From a virus (Duplodnaviria; Caudoviricetes), in IMG/VR virus record IMGVR_UViG_2767802758_000001, positions 8,410 through 72,409 of that record: a stretch of 64,000 bases of DNA. The stretch is one strand, 5' to 3'. Every line of letters starts with the position of its first letter. Within the stretch, counting starts at the first letter, position 1. Both the position numbers and the translations under genes were made by a program. Shown here piece by piece: positions 26,537-37,558 of this stretch. Below the pieces are notes generated by a model. That model worked only from the letters and a program-made list of their open reading frames with translations, searched no databases and had not been told where the DNA came from.

Positions 26537-29482
26537 ATGGCTGAGAGTGTCGGGGCAATCTACTATACGGTCGAGGCAGAAACGGCCAAGCTGATTAGTG
26601 ATCTGGAAAACGCTAATAAGCGCCTCGAAATGCTTGAATCAGGCTTCAACAAAACAGATGCGTCCGCAAGAAAAGCGGATATGCAGCTAACCAAGACCGC
26701 CGCAGCCGTGAGAAACCTTGGAAACGAAGGGGCGGGGGCGGAGAGAAAGATTGGTGGCTTGGTGAAGATGTTGGGCGGCCTCATCGCTGTGCAGAGCATT
26801 GGCGGAATCATCAGCCTAGCAGAAGGCTACAACGAGATGGCCGAACGCATTCGGATGGCTACTGGCAGCGTCGAGGAATATGAGATGGCCCAGGCTCGGC
26901 TGCTGGCTGGCGCAAACCGAACCTACCGAAGCCTGGAAGAAGCGCAGGAATTGTTTATCAGAACTGCAGACTCCTTGCGCGAAATGGGCTATAGCACAGA
27001 GCAGTCTCTCGATGTTACTGATAGCTTGAGCTTGGCCTTTGTTAAGAGCGCAACCAGCGCTGATCGCGCCAAGATAGCAATGGGGGCGTTCTCACGGTCC
27101 TTGTCAAAGGGGCGGGTTGATTCTGATGCCTGGGAGATGATGCTTATCAGTATTCCTACGTTGGCTGACGACATGAGCGCCGCCCTAGGAAAGTCGGCGC
27201 AAGAAGTGCGAAAACTGGGAGCTGAAGGCAAGTTGACAACCAAGGAGCTTACGGAAGGGTTGCTGGGCTCATTGGAGAAAAATGGCGAAGCGGCCGATAA
27301 CATGGCCACCACCGTGGCCGATGCGTTTACCAATCTGCGCAATTCCCTTGCCGTCTATGTGGGCGAGGCTAACCGGGCCAGCGGCTCGACACAGCTTATA
27401 TCCAGCGCAATCGTTTCCCTAGGCGAAAACATCGACCTGGTGGTCAAGTCGCTCATGCTGCTGGGCGCGGGTGCATTGGCTAAATACATTGCATCCCAAG
27501 GCTTGGCCACCATAGCCAGCCTTAAACAGGCATTGGCAGCACGACAAGAGGCCGCCACGGCATTGCAAGCCGCCCAGGCACGGAATGCGGCTGCCGTTGC
27601 GGCACTGGCCCACGCACGCGCTAATATTGGACTCACGACAAGCACCACAGCACTTGCGGCAGCAGAGAAAGCGGCTACAGTAGCGGCCGCTGGCTTGGCC
27701 ACAGCGCAACGGGCGGCCAGTGCCGCTAGCGTCGGTATGTTGGGTATCTTGGGCGGCCCGGCTGGAGTTATTGCAATAGCGGCCAGTGTGGCCGCTGGCT
27801 TTCTTTTGATGGGCGATAACGCGGACAAGGCGGTCAAAGATATTGACGAATTGACTGGATCGCTTGATGGTCTTCATCAAAAACAGCTTGAACTGAGAAA
27901 GCTTGACCTAGAAGAAGCCATAAGGAAAAACGGGGAGGCGCTTGAAGAAACGTCAGTGAGTGTTAATGCTCTGCGCAAGGATTACGAGGATCTGCACGCA
28001 CAGCTTGGGCGTGGCGTTTCTGACGATGATCTGAAGAACCTCACGCACACCATTACCGAGCAGGAGGTGGAGTTAACTAAGCTGGCCGACAAGCATTCAC
28101 GACTTGAAACGGCGCTACTCAACGTGAATTCAGCGCTGCAGCAGGCCGCGGCCTCACAGCGAAGCCTGAATCAAGCGATGGATGACAGCCCCACGGACGA
28201 CTATTTAAAGCGCTTGGTGGACCGAAAACACGCCCTTATTGATGGGAACAGCGCCACCAAGCAGGCAGAGCGTTATATCAAAACCCTGAACAACGTCACG
28301 CCGGAGCGAATAGAGCAGATCCGAAAGGAAGCAGCGGAAATTGACCGGCTTGCGGCAGCACAGCGAAAAAGCACCCAAAGCCGTGGGGCTGGTAAAAAGG
28401 CCGAAACAGAGGCTGAGCGCTCTTACAAGCAAAACTCTGAAAGCTTGCGCAAGATGGCTGAATCTTTCGCGCTGGCCCACTTAGAGGGGGAGCAACTCGC
28501 CGTAGTCCAGGCGCGACTATCTTTAAATGACTATGCCACTCCTGAGCAGATCGAGAGTGCTGAAAAACTAGCGGTAGCGTTGCATAAGGTCAACGAGGCT
28601 CAAAAACTTAAAACCAAAGTTGGTGATGATCCTCAAGCTTATATTCGTGGGACTGATGACCCGTTGTCAGGTGGAGCATTTGATGACCAAGTGGCGCGCT
28701 ATGACGCTGAGGCCATTAAAGAACAGGAACGGCATGAGGCTTCACTTAGTCGGCTACGGGAGGCAATGGAAGCGCAGAAGCTCACGCTGACAGAGTACTA
28801 CTCACAGTTTGAGGGCCTGACCGAAACTCACAACGCCCGTATGGGGCAGATAGATGCTGCTCGGCAATCGACGATGCTCAGTACTTACGGCTCTGCCTTC
28901 GACAGCATAGCTAGCTTGATTCGAAATTCCCAGGGTGAGCAGTCGGGAGCGTATAAGGCTATGTTCGCTGTGACGAAAGCATTTGCAATTGCTGATGCTG
29001 GGCTGAAGCTCAATATGGCGATTATGCAAGCTATGGCGGACCCCACCGCTTTGACGCCTATGCAGAAACTTGCAAATTACGCTGCGATTGCGTCGGCGGG
29101 TGCTGGGCTGCTGTCCAGTTTGTCATCCGCGTCGTTTGGCGGTCGCCAATACGGGGGTCCCGCACAGCCAGGCAAGATGTACCGCATCAACGAAAACGGG
29201 GCGCCAGAGGTGTTCAATGCGGCTAACGGTCAACAGTTCATGATGGCCAATAGCCGTGGGCAGGTGGTGAGCAATAAGGATGCGACTGGCGGTGTTGGCG
29301 GGCTTTCTGTGCAGATCCATAACTACGGCGGCGCTCAGATCGAGCAGCGCATGACTAAAGACGAGTTCATTATCGAAATTGATAAGCGCGTGCCTGGAAT
29401 TATGGCGGCCGAAGCCAAGAACAGTAACAGCCAGTTCCGGAAAAGCATGGGGCAATACACAGACGTGAGGCCAAGACGATGA
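26537..29482 (+). CDS. Tape measure protein
   Basis: 981 aa helical protein with tape-measure domain and C-terminal GRQYGG...YRINENG motif. Confidence 0.95.
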   Translation: MAESVGAIYYTVEAETAKLISDLENANKRLEMLESGFNKTDASARKADMQLTKTAAAVRNLGNEGAGAERKIGGLVKMLGGLIAVQSIGGIISLAEGYNEMAERIRMATGSVEEYEMAQARLLAGANRTYRSLEEAQELFIRTADSLREMGYSTEQSLDVTDSLSLAFVKSATSADRAKIAMGAFSRSLSKGRVDSDAWEMMLISIPTLADDMSAALGKSAQEVRKLGAEGKLTTKELTEGLLGSLEKNGEAADNMATTVADAFTNLRNSLAVYVGEANRASGSTQLISSAIVSLGENIDLVVKSLMLLGAGALAKYIASQGLATIASLKQALAARQEAATALQAAQARNAAAVAALAHARANIGLTTSTTALAAAEKAATVAAAGLATAQRAASAASVGMLGILGGPAGVIAIAASVAAGFLLMGDNADKAVKDIDELTGSLDGLHQKQLELRKLDLEEAIRKNGEALEETSVSVNALRKDYEDLHAQLGRGVSDDDLKNLTHTITEQEVELTKLADKHSRLETALLNVNSALQQAAASQRSLNQAMDDSPTDDYLKRLVDRKHALIDGNSATKQAERYIKTLNNVTPERIEQIRKEAAEIDRLAAAQRKSTQSRGAGKKAETEAERSYKQNSESLRKMAESFALAHLEGEQLAVVQARLSLNDYATPEQIESAEKLAVALHKVNEAQKLKTKVGDDPQAYIRGTDDPLSGGAFDDQVARYDAEAIKEQERHEASLSRLREAMEAQKLTLTEYYSQFEGLTETHNARMGQIDAARQSTMLSTYGSAFDSIASLIRNSQGEQSGAYKAMFAVTKAFAIADAGLKLNMAIMQAMADPTALTPMQKLANYAAIASAGAGLLSSLSSASFGGRQYGGPAQPGKMYRINENGAPEVFNAANGQQFMMANSRGQVVSNKDATGGVGGLSVQIHNYGGAQIEQRMTKDEFIIEIDKRVPGIMAAEAKNSNSQFRKSMGQYTDVRPRR

Positions 29483-29976
29483 ATGATGAGTGCCTGCTAC
29501 GGTTTCCGTTTTCGCCTTTGCAGGCGAGCTTGGCTGCTAAGTTTGGGTCCGGGGTTATATCGACTTCGGTTCCGGGCGGGCCAAGCCTTATGCGGCTGGA
29601 TACGACGGGGAATGTTCACACGGTTAGTGCTTCGTGGAACCTGCGCCCGGCTGACTACGACATGTTTATGGGATATGTGCGCAACTGGGAGCGGTCCGGA
29701 GGTGATCCGTTTCTGATCTCGCTACGCCTAGAGGGTTCAGAGTCTCAGGAGTACAGGGCCACTTTCATACCAGGATCGTTTTCCCGCCCGACACGAAGCG
29801 CCGGAGTGTTCACCGTGGAGGCCCAGATGGAGGTCCTGCCAAACTTCGTCTCCCCATGCAAAGACGAATGGGCCGCCAGAGCAATGATGGATGCGGTCTT
29901 TGGCGATGATGTCTGCGAGGCCATCGATATTCTGGACAAAGTGGTTAATGAGGATCTGGTCTATGTCAGAGCATGA
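29479..29976 (+). CDS. Distal tail protein
   Basis: ATGA overlap with the TMP gene; position. Confidence 0.7.
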   Translation: MNDECLLRFPFSPLQASLAAKFGSGVISTSVPGGPSLMRLDTTGNVHTVSASWNLRPADYDMFMGYVRNWERSGGDPFLISLRLEGSESQEYRATFIPGSFSRPTRSAGVFTVEAQMEVLPNFVSPCKDEWAARAMMDAVFGDDVCEAIDILDKVVNEDLVYVRA

Positions 29977-30469
29977 TTTTTTCTTTAAGGCGCGAAGATC
30001 GGTATCGCGCATCGAAGGCCTGGAGATAAGCCATCCGTCTTTCTCCAGGTCTTTTTTTTGGGTCCGCAACCCAAACCCCTGGATGAAGCGCCAGGCGCTG
30101 GGCCATGGGGGCGGGGTGGTGCAGGAATATGAGTATCTGCCGATGCGCCTGCAGCCCAAGGACACGCGAGGGGATCTGGACTTTGGTATGCGGGTGGATT
30201 TGGGCGACTTGGGCGAGATCATTCCAGGTGAGCTGCAGCGGGTGATTGACGATGGGACGAGCCATATCAAGCCGACGGTAATTTACCGGGCCTGGCGCTC
30301 TGACAAGCTCAGCGAGCCGATGATCGGGCCGATTGTGTTGCAAGCGGACGAGATCTCGCGCACGCGTGACGGATCGTCGTTTGAAGCGGTTGCTCCGTAT
30401 CTGAACTTGACTCGTACCGGTGAGGCGTACACGGTGGATCGGTTCTCGATGTTGCGAGGCTTTCTGTGA
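29963..30469 (+). CDS. Tail tip protein (DUF1833-like)
   Basis: LEISHPSFSRSFFWV...FEAVAPYLNL. Confidence 0.7.
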   Translation: MSEHDFFFKARRSVSRIEGLEISHPSFSRSFFWVRNPNPWMKRQALGHGGGVVQEYEYLPMRLQPKDTRGDLDFGMRVDLGDLGEIIPGELQRVIDDGTSHIKPTVIYRAWRSDKLSEPMIGPIVLQADEISRTRDGSSFEAVAPYLNLTRTGEAYTVDRFSMLRGFL

Positions 30470-30804
30470 GTATCGATGCGCTGCTGGACCAGGTCTATGA
30501 CCGAAAAACCAATAACTGCCTGCACTTTGCCGCTTCGGCCTGGCAGCACCTAACGGGCGACAGCCGTCTGCATAGCATCCGGGAAACCAATGTTCTGGGC
30601 GTGAAGTCGGTAATGCGGCAGTTCAAGAAGGTGGCCGGGCCCACAGTAGCGCCATCCGTGGTGCTGATGGAGTCGGCCAGCGGGGATGTGCACATTGGTG
30701 TTTGTATGCGCCGGCGTTTGCTGCACCTATGCGAACGCGGCGCTGAGTTTATGCCGTTCGAGTGCTACGCCGGGGTCTACCATGGGATGAGGTTTTATCA
30801 ATGA
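30466..30804 (+). CDS. NlpC/P60-like tail protein
   Basis: YDRKTNNCLHF...HIGV...LLH. Confidence 0.7.
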   Translation: MSIDALLDQVYDRKTNNCLHFAASAWQHLTGDSRLHSIRETNVLGVKSVMRQFKKVAGPTVAPSVVLMESASGDVHIGVCMRRRLLHLCERGAEFMPFECYAGVYHGMRFYQ

Positions 30805-33689
30805 TTGTCGTAAATATCGTTCGCAACGTGCTGGAGCCTGAGAGCATCACGCGCCATGAGACTGACGATCTGATTGCTCTGTTGCGCGCGGAGTTCGGTG
30901 ATCATGCGCCGGAGGGGGCGCGTCTCTATCACGAGCATGTCTCTGAGTACACCGATGTTACGCCGACCAGCAAAGAAGCCGAGGATGCGCTGCGTGATAT
31001 GCCAGGGCCGTTCTACCTGGTGCTGGAGCCACAAGGCCCAGAAGTCTGGATTCCACTGGCGATTGCGGCGGTTGTGTCTGTCGCCAGCATGCTGCTGTTC
31101 AGACCACAAATTCCGAATACAGCCCAGCGAAATATCGCATCGGAGTCGCCCAATAACGGGCTATCAGCTCGGGCGAACCGAGAACGGGTCAATGGCCGCA
31201 TTCCGGATATCTACGGGACGGTACGTAGCACGCCTGATTTGCTGGCTGTTCCGTACTCGGTTTTCGAGAACCACGTTGAGAAAGAAATCGCGTACATGTG
31301 CGTTGGCAGGGGCCAGTTTGAGATCCACGATGTGCGTGACGACACGACGCCGGCTGATGAGATTGCGGGAATGTCTGTCGAAGTCTACGGGCCCAACACT
31401 TCGCCTAATGGTGGGGTGCCACAGCTTCGTATTGGAAACGCCATCAACACGCCGGTGCTGGCGGTCAAGCGATCGAATAGCGTGAACGGTCAGGTGTTAC
31501 AGCCGCCCAACTCGTCCAGGCTGGTGTTCTCGCCCATGGTATTTGAGTCGCCCAATATCGTGCGTAGTACCAATCCAGATGTGGATTTCACGGAACTGTT
31601 TTTGACAGGCGACGTTATTGAGGTGACGAGGGCCGCTGTGACGGCAGGCGTATATCAGTATGTCGCTCCATTGGACTCAGTGGGGGCTGCGAGCGAAGGG
31701 TTTATGGAGGACTCGGTTGGCTACCTTACGCTTGAAGGTGATCAGTCCGAGAATTGGGAGGTCGGGCAAACAGTCACAATCACCAACGGTACATTTCATT
31801 GGATAGCGGTTACTGGCGGTGACGGCGGATACTTAGTAGACAAGTCTGCCAATATTAACGGCACATACGATATTTCAGGCGTCAGTATTGTCAGCAATAT
31901 GGGTGTGACTTCTACCGTTCTTAGTCTTGATATCTCTCAGAACTACTCGGCATGGCCGGGAGCGATTGGGACCGTTCACACCTATCCTACGGGTAATCCG
32001 ACGTTGACACGACCATCAGGGGAGGTGCTTTACGACCTGTCTGGTACGTACACAATCAACACCCTGACCAACAATGAGCTGTCGTTGTCAGACCCAGCTT
32101 CTGTCAATGCGGATTGGAATGTACTGGAGAGCGAGTACGGTGGTATATCACCGGAATTGATTGTGACCGTTCAGGCTCAGAAAGAGCGGTGGGTGGGCTG
32201 GATGACGGTAGAGTCAGCAACCCCGATCAGTCGTGCCGTGTGCAACATTATTGCCCTCAATGGCCTGTATGCGGACAACGGGCAACAGCAGTATCGCCGG
32301 GATGTGGCTGTGCGGCTGGAGGCGGTGCCGCTTGATGCGGCGGGCAATCCAACTGCCAGCGCCAGGGTGTTTGACGGCGTTGTTCAGGGCTCGGCTACAT
32401 CCCGCTCCACTCGGGCGGCCACGCTTAATGTTGATCTTGGGATGGAGTCGCTCAAGTGGCAGTTCCGCATGATTCGGACAAGTGACTCGGATACCAACTT
32501 CGAGGGGCAGGTGATTAACGAGGTGAAGTGGCGGGATCTCTATGCGGCTTCGCCGGTCAATCAACCGCATTTTGGCGATGTGACCACTGTTTTGGCGTCT
32601 ACATTTGCCACCGATGGGGCGCTGGCTGTTAAAGAGCGCAAGCTGAACCTGCTGGTAACGCGGCAGATCCCACTGAGAGAGGGGGCTGGCTTTACGTCTA
32701 CGCTTCACTCAACACGCAATGCCGCTGACATCCTTTGCGCAATTGCCCTGGACCCCAGAATTGGCAACAGAAGCATGGCCGAGATTGATGTGGAGGGGAT
32801 CTATGCCACAGCCGCTGAGATTGTCGATTACTTCGGCATTCCGGATGCGGCCGAGTTTTGCTACACGTTCGATAAGTCGGAAATGTCGTTTGAAGAGACG
32901 TTTCAGGCCGTGGCTAATGCGATCTTTTGCCAAGCGTACCGACAGGGAAGCCAGCTACGGCTGTTCTTTGAGCGTGAGACTGACGACAGCTCACTTCTGT
33001 TCAACCATCGGAATACGCTGCCGGGGTCTGAATCCCGGACGTTCTCATTTGGTCCGGCAGAAGGCTATGACGGCGTGGAGTACGAATACGTGTCGCCGGA
33101 TGATGATGCGGTGGTGACGATCTATCTTCCAGACCAAAGCGCGGTTAAGCCGCAGAAAATCGAGTCTGTCGGGGTGCGTAGCCATCGGCAAGGTGGTCTG
33201 CATGCCTGGCGGGCCTGGAACAAGATTCAGCACCAGCACACCACCATGGAGCGGGATTGCCTGAGCGAAGCCAGCATGCTGGTGCTTGGCCAGCGTATTC
33301 TTTGCTCGGACACGACCAAGGCCGGAGAGCAGGGCGGTTATGTGACCGCTGTGGATGGTTTGGCCGTTCGACTGTCTCAGCCGATGGACTGGAGCCAGCC
33401 TGGGCCGCATGTGATGTTCATCCAAAACTCGGATGGTCAGACAGAAGGCATTCCTATCAGTTCGGCTGATGAGGATTTTTGGGCTTTGCTTAGCAGGCCG
33501 CCAAGGGTGCCGATTGTGACCAGCAGCGCACAGCCAACTGGCTACATCATTGGCAGCGGTACAGAGCAGCGCCAGGCAGTTCCTTTTATCGTCACGGCAA
33601 AGAATCCGATTGATGGCTTTAACGTTCGTTTAAGCGCTGTGAACTACGACCGCCGGTATTACGCCAAAGACGGCATGTATCGACAGTAG
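30801..33689 (+). CDS. Central tail/host specificity protein (gpJ-like)
   Basis: RIPDIYGTVRSTPDL, RNAADIL, NAIFC motifs. Confidence 0.85.
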   Translation: MIVVNIVRNVLEPESITRHETDDLIALLRAEFGDHAPEGARLYHEHVSEYTDVTPTSKEAEDALRDMPGPFYLVLEPQGPEVWIPLAIAAVVSVASMLLFRPQIPNTAQRNIASESPNNGLSARANRERVNGRIPDIYGTVRSTPDLLAVPYSVFENHVEKEIAYMCVGRGQFEIHDVRDDTTPADEIAGMSVEVYGPNTSPNGGVPQLRIGNAINTPVLAVKRSNSVNGQVLQPPNSSRLVFSPMVFESPNIVRSTNPDVDFTELFLTGDVIEVTRAAVTAGVYQYVAPLDSVGAASEGFMEDSVGYLTLEGDQSENWEVGQTVTITNGTFHWIAVTGGDGGYLVDKSANINGTYDISGVSIVSNMGVTSTVLSLDISQNYSAWPGAIGTVHTYPTGNPTLTRPSGEVLYDLSGTYTINTLTNNELSLSDPASVNADWNVLESEYGGISPELIVTVQAQKERWVGWMTVESATPISRAVCNIIALNGLYADNGQQQYRRDVAVRLEAVPLDAAGNPTASARVFDGVVQGSATSRSTRAATLNVDLGMESLKWQFRMIRTSDSDTNFEGQVINEVKWRDLYAASPVNQPHFGDVTTVLASTFATDGALAVKERKLNLLVTRQIPLREGAGFTSTLHSTRNAADILCAIALDPRIGNRSMAEIDVEGIYATAAEIVDYFGIPDAAEFCYTFDKSEMSFEETFQAVANAIFCQAYRQGSQLRLFFERETDDSSLLFNHRNTLPGSESRTFSFGPAEGYDGVEYEYVSPDDDAVVTIYLPDQSAVKPQKIESVGVRSHRQGGLHAWRAWNKIQHQHTTMERDCLSEASMLVLGQRILCSDTTKAGEQGGYVTAVDGLAVRLSQPMDWSQPGPHVMFIQNSDGQTEGIPISSADEDFWALLSRPPRVPIVTSSAQPTGYIIGSGTEQRQAVPFIVTAKNPIDGFNVRLSAVNYDRRYYAKDGMYRQ

Positions 33690-33750
33690 CAACTAGAGTA
33701 CTAACACCACCTAACCCGCCTCACGGCGGGTTTTTTTATGGGTAAACGAG

Positions 33751-35676
33751 ATGGCAGAAAAATGCTTTCCGACACTGCAGGAACTGCGAGGCTTCGGCGT
33801 TGATGGTGATATTTGGCGGAAATTCATCAATGGGGAGATTGATGAGGTCAACCTGAACCGGAACGGGGTTGATGTTGAGACTCTGCTGACCTGGAAAGAG
33901 CGGGTCATGGAGATGGCGCAGCAGGCTGCCAATCTGCAGACGTACTTAACAAAATCGGATGCGAATGCTGCTCAGCCCCAGCCTAAAGGCACTACAGCTC
34001 AAGTCACAAACGACCCAGATCCAGCCAATAACGGCTACTGGGTATCAGATGGGTCACAGTGGGTCTGGTCTGGAGTGCAGTCAGCAAGCAGATCATCTGT
34101 AGACGAGATCGAGCGCAACACTTCGGTTCGTGACTCGCAGATGTACATCAATATCGCTTCGGCATCAAAGTCTGCATCAGGTTATTACGCTAATTTAGGT
34201 CAACAACGCATCATCGCTAACGCATCTACTGCGATGACTATGATTCCTGTGGTTCCTGGGCATCGATACCGGGTTCGTGCTGTATCTGTTAATGGCGAGG
34301 TGGGAAATAAAGCAACGCTCGTGGGATTGGTTTTGGCTGATAGCCAAATCTACCCTCGTGGCGCAATTGCTGGTACAGATTGGTTAGAGGGTGATGGGGT
34401 AGACGATTATTATGTGGATATCCCTGATATTAGCCAAGCACGGTTTTTGGCACTAAATACCCAAGTCGCGGGCAGGGACTACACAGGCAGGGTCGAGGTA
34501 TACGATATATCACATGACGTCATCGACGCTGGTAGCGCATCAGTAAAATTTCTGGGCGCAGCTGGTGTTAGCGACTTCAGGTCTGATCCCGTGAACTATG
34601 CTGAGGCCGGAATCTTCCTGGGTGGAAAATATGTCAGCCTTAGCTCATCTTCTCCAAACTATGGAAAATTGCTTACTGCGGCCGGAACAGGGGCGGTTAT
34701 GTTCCCTGTTACTCCAGGTGAGTCATATCAAGTTACAGCGTCCTCATTCCCGTCAAATTTGTTCGCTATTGCATTTAAGCCGAACGCTAATGCCCGCTCT
34801 GCAGATACGGTCAGAAGTCCCGGTATATACACCGGGTCAGGTGCGTCCAGGCAGTTTACTGTTCCCGATGATGAGTCTATTCGTTTTGCTATTGTCAATG
34901 CTGTAAACGATGTGGAATCCTGGGATATTCGGCCAGGTTTAGTGATTGAGTCAATTACCGATTCCGTGTCTTTTTTTGGTGGGAAAAAATTGGCGGACGC
35001 CGTCTACGCGCAAGAAAGCGTCTTGACGTTTCCGGCGCGGGCGCGGGGGAAACTGTGGGTGGCAGTCGGGGACAGTATTACGGAAAAAAACTTTCGGACA
35101 AATAAAAACTATCACGATTACATCGCTGAGGCGTTCAGCGGCTTAGTAGTCGAAAACCGGGGCATCAGCGGTAGCGGGTTCTATGATCGTTACTCTGTAG
35201 CGGATGTAATTACGTCAACGCCTGATCTGATCACGGTGTTTCTGGGAACCAACGATTGGGGCGGTGTGCGCGAGGCATCGTCTATGCCTCTCGGTGTGTT
35301 TGGCGATGTAGGAACCGAAACAGTAGCCGGGTGTATCAATCAACTGCTGACATCGTTGGTCGCGAAATTCCCTGGGGTACCTATTGGAGTGGCGACGCCA
35401 CTACCAAGGCTCACTAGCTGGGGCGATCCTGGAGCGGTGAACTCGCGTGGGTACACGCTGCACCAGCTTTCAATGCTCATCATCAGGTATGCGCGGCACC
35501 TGTCATTGCCTGTCATTGACCTGTATTCGACGTCTGGCCTGCCTGTTTATGACCCGGCAGGCAACGCCCTATTTTTTACAGCGCCTGGGCAGACAGAGCC
35601 TGACGGGCTGCATCCAAACGATGCGGGTCATCGAGTGATTGCAAGGAAATTTGCGGCTCTATTGTCAGATATGTAA
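33751..35676 (+). CDS. Tailspike with C-terminal SGNH/GDSL esterase
   Basis: GDSITE, GISGSG, LGTND, DGLHPN blocks; particle-anchor N-terminus. Confidence 0.85.
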   Translation: MAEKCFPTLQELRGFGVDGDIWRKFINGEIDEVNLNRNGVDVETLLTWKERVMEMAQQAANLQTYLTKSDANAAQPQPKGTTAQVTNDPDPANNGYWVSDGSQWVWSGVQSASRSSVDEIERNTSVRDSQMYINIASASKSASGYYANLGQQRIIANASTAMTMIPVVPGHRYRVRAVSVNGEVGNKATLVGLVLADSQIYPRGAIAGTDWLEGDGVDDYYVDIPDISQARFLALNTQVAGRDYTGRVEVYDISHDVIDAGSASVKFLGAAGVSDFRSDPVNYAEAGIFLGGKYVSLSSSSPNYGKLLTAAGTGAVMFPVTPGESYQVTASSFPSNLFAIAFKPNANARSADTVRSPGIYTGSGASRQFTVPDDESIRFAIVNAVNDVESWDIRPGLVIESITDSVSFFGGKKLADAVYAQESVLTFPARARGKLWVAVGDSITEKNFRTNKNYHDYIAEAFSGLVVENRGISGSGFYDRYSVADVITSTPDLITVFLGTNDWGGVREASSMPLGVFGDVGTETVAGCINQLLTSLVAKFPGVPIGVATPLPRLTSWGDPGAVNSRGYTLHQLSMLIIRYARHLSLPVIDLYSTSGLPVYDPAGNALFFTAPGQTEPDGLHPNDAGHRVIARKFAALLSDM

Positions 35677-35784
35677 CGCTGTAAAAAAATGATGCCCGGT
35701 TAAGCCGGCTTTTTTTACGTCTGCTGCTTTGGCGGCGCTTCACGGGAGACAGCCATGCCGACCGTAAACAAGGGGAAGAAATCA

Positions 35785-36009
35785 ATGTTGCACAATGACG
35801 CCGCTCATTTGCCCATAAGCACTGGCTCGGCACTGCTTATTTATGGATGGACGATGCAGGATTTTGTGCTGACGCTCTGGGCAGCCTATGTAGTGATTTT
35901 GATTGTGACTAAGCTGCCCGATTTCTTGCGTGCGGCAGCCCGTTTGGTTGGTGGCCTGCAGCGTGCCTGGGGGAATTTCAAGGAGTGGAAGCGTGGATCT
36001 AAAAACTAA
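35785..36009 (+). CDS. Holin
   Basis: Hydrophobic core, basic C-terminus, overlaps the endolysin gene. Confidence 0.7.
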   Translation: MLHNDAAHLPISTGSALLIYGWTMQDFVLTLWAAYVVILIVTKLPDFLRAAARLVGGLQRAWGNFKEWKRGSKN

Positions 36010-36451
36010 GGTCGGTACTGGGATAGTTGCGGCTGCGATTGGTCTGGTTGCCGCTTGGGAAGGCCGTTCACTGGTTGCCTATGTGGACCCGGTGGGCATC
36101 CCGACTATTTGCGACGGCTATACCCATGGCGTGAAACTGGGTGATGTGGCCACGCCTGAGCGGTGCGATGCCTTGACTGAGCAGGAGGTGCGCAGGGCGC
36201 TGGCGGTTGTGGATGGCTCGACGCCTGGCCAACTGCCCGACGGCGTACGCGTGGCGCTGGCCAGCTTCGTCTACAACGTGGGGCCTGGCGCTTACGGTGG
36301 GTCCACGCTGTTGCGCAAGCTGCGGGCTGGCGATCTGACTGGGGCCTGCAACCAACTCCCGCGCTGGGTGTATGCCGGTGGCAAGAAGCTGCGTGGCCTG
36401 GAGTTACGCCGAGAGGCCGAGAGAAAGATATGTCTATCCGGTCTGCAATAA
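35993..36451 (+). CDS. Endolysin (GH24 lysozyme, SAR-like N-terminus)
   Basis: WEGRSLVAYVDPVGIPTICDG catalytic E-D-T motif. Confidence 0.95.
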   Translation: MDLKTKVGTGIVAAAIGLVAAWEGRSLVAYVDPVGIPTICDGYTHGVKLGDVATPERCDALTEQEVRRALAVVDGSTPGQLPDGVRVALASFVYNVGPGAYGGSTLLRKLRAGDLTGACNQLPRWVYAGGKKLRGLELRREAERKICLSGLQ

Positions 36452-36912
36452 CGGGGGCTGCTGTACTGGCAGCCCTTTTTCTTGGCCTGCAGATGTACGG
36501 TGCTTCCCAGCACAAGAAGGGCTATGACAAAGCCCAGGCCGAATACATGATCGCTGTTGCGCATGCAGAGGGCAGGGCACGGCAGATCGAACACGAGTTA
36601 ACCGAAGAAATGGAGGCCAGGGACCGTGACACCCAGGAAAAACTTGCACAGATTGCTACTGCTGAGCGCCGCGCTGCTGATGAGCGGGTGCGCCAGTCAG
36701 CCCAAGAATACGCAGCCCGCTATCGTCGGGATACCGAGATTGCCAGCGCTGCCGCAGAGCGCCAAGCAGCCGACACCGCCATCCGAATGTTTGCCGAGCT
36801 GCTTGGCGGGCTTGATGAGGCTGCGGAAGCCTATGCTGCAGAGGCTGACCGCCGCAGAGTAGCTGGCTTGGCGTGTGAGTCAGTGTACTCAAATGCCCTT
36901 ACGGTAAAATAG
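36430..36912 (+). CDS. rz: i-spanin (Rz)
   Basis: N-terminal TM plus coiled coil; GLACES near C-terminus. Confidence 0.8.
   Translation: MSIRSAITGAAVLAALFLGLQMYGASQHKKGYDKAQAEYMIAVAHAEGRARQIEHELTEEMEARDRDTQEKLAQIATAERRAADERVRQSAQEYAARYRRDTEIASAAAERQAADTAIRMFAELLGGLDEAAEAYAAEADRRRVAGLACESVYSNALTVK
36626..36862 (+). CDS. rz1: o-spanin (Rz1), embedded in Rz
   Basis: Lipobox MSGC; Pro-rich; alternate frame inside Rz. Confidence 0.8.
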   Translation: MTPRKNLHRLLLLSAALLMSGCASQPKNTQPAIVGIPRLPALPQSAKQPTPPSECLPSCLAGLMRLRKPMLQRLTAAE

Positions 36913-36937
36913 AGGAGAGCTAGAAGGGGATAAAAAG

Positions 36938-37558
36938 CTAGCTTTTGGTTATGGGAGAGGTAGATTTCTTATGTCTATTTCGCAGGACAGTTAAATCAGA
37001 ATATATATTTTTTAATTTTTGGGCCTGCTCCTCACCGTCTATCATAGGTGGCATATCCACGTATTTTCGAAGTTGTGTTAATAGCTTAGTGGCCTCCAGA
37101 CCTAGTTTGGTATATGCATATCTTCTCGCTAGAAAATATTTTTTATGATCTGGTGGGTCATAAAATCCCTCGAAATCACCATCCAAGTATGCTTCGATCT
37201 TACCCTTTGCTTGAGCTAGCATCATAATATTGAACATCAAATTTTTTGGAATAGATTGCCATTCAACCTCAAAACCTAGAGGATTGAATTCTGGCGGGGC
37301 TATTGTTGTCTGATGGTGGCCATTGCTGCCTGCTGGTCTGCCGCGCTCTGTTCCATCGTCATAGGCAATGTCCAAGCAGCGCCCGATAAAAATATCAAGC
37401 TGAGGGGCGACAATGAGCGCTAAGTATGTTGCCTTTTCTTTCCGGCTAACGAGCTTGGTCAGCCAAGCCTGCATCACTCCAATTACGCTACCGATAGCCA
37501 CCCCTAAAATACCGGCTACGCCTGTAATGATCGCTGTAACATTTTGGTCATTTATCAT
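36938..37558 (-). CDS. Hypothetical protein with N-terminal TM helix
   Basis: IITGVAGILGVAIGSVIGV; AT-rich. Confidence 0.75.
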   Translation of the reverse strand: MINDQNVTAIITGVAGILGVAIGSVIGVMQAWLTKLVSRKEKATYLALIVAPQLDIFIGRCLDIAYDDGTERGRPAGSNGHHQTTIAPPEFNPLGFEVEWQSIPKNLMFNIMMLAQAKGKIEAYLDGDFEGFYDPPDHKKYFLARRYAYTKLGLEATKLLTQLRKYVDMPPMIDGEEQAQKLKNIYSDLTVLRNRHKKSTSPITKS

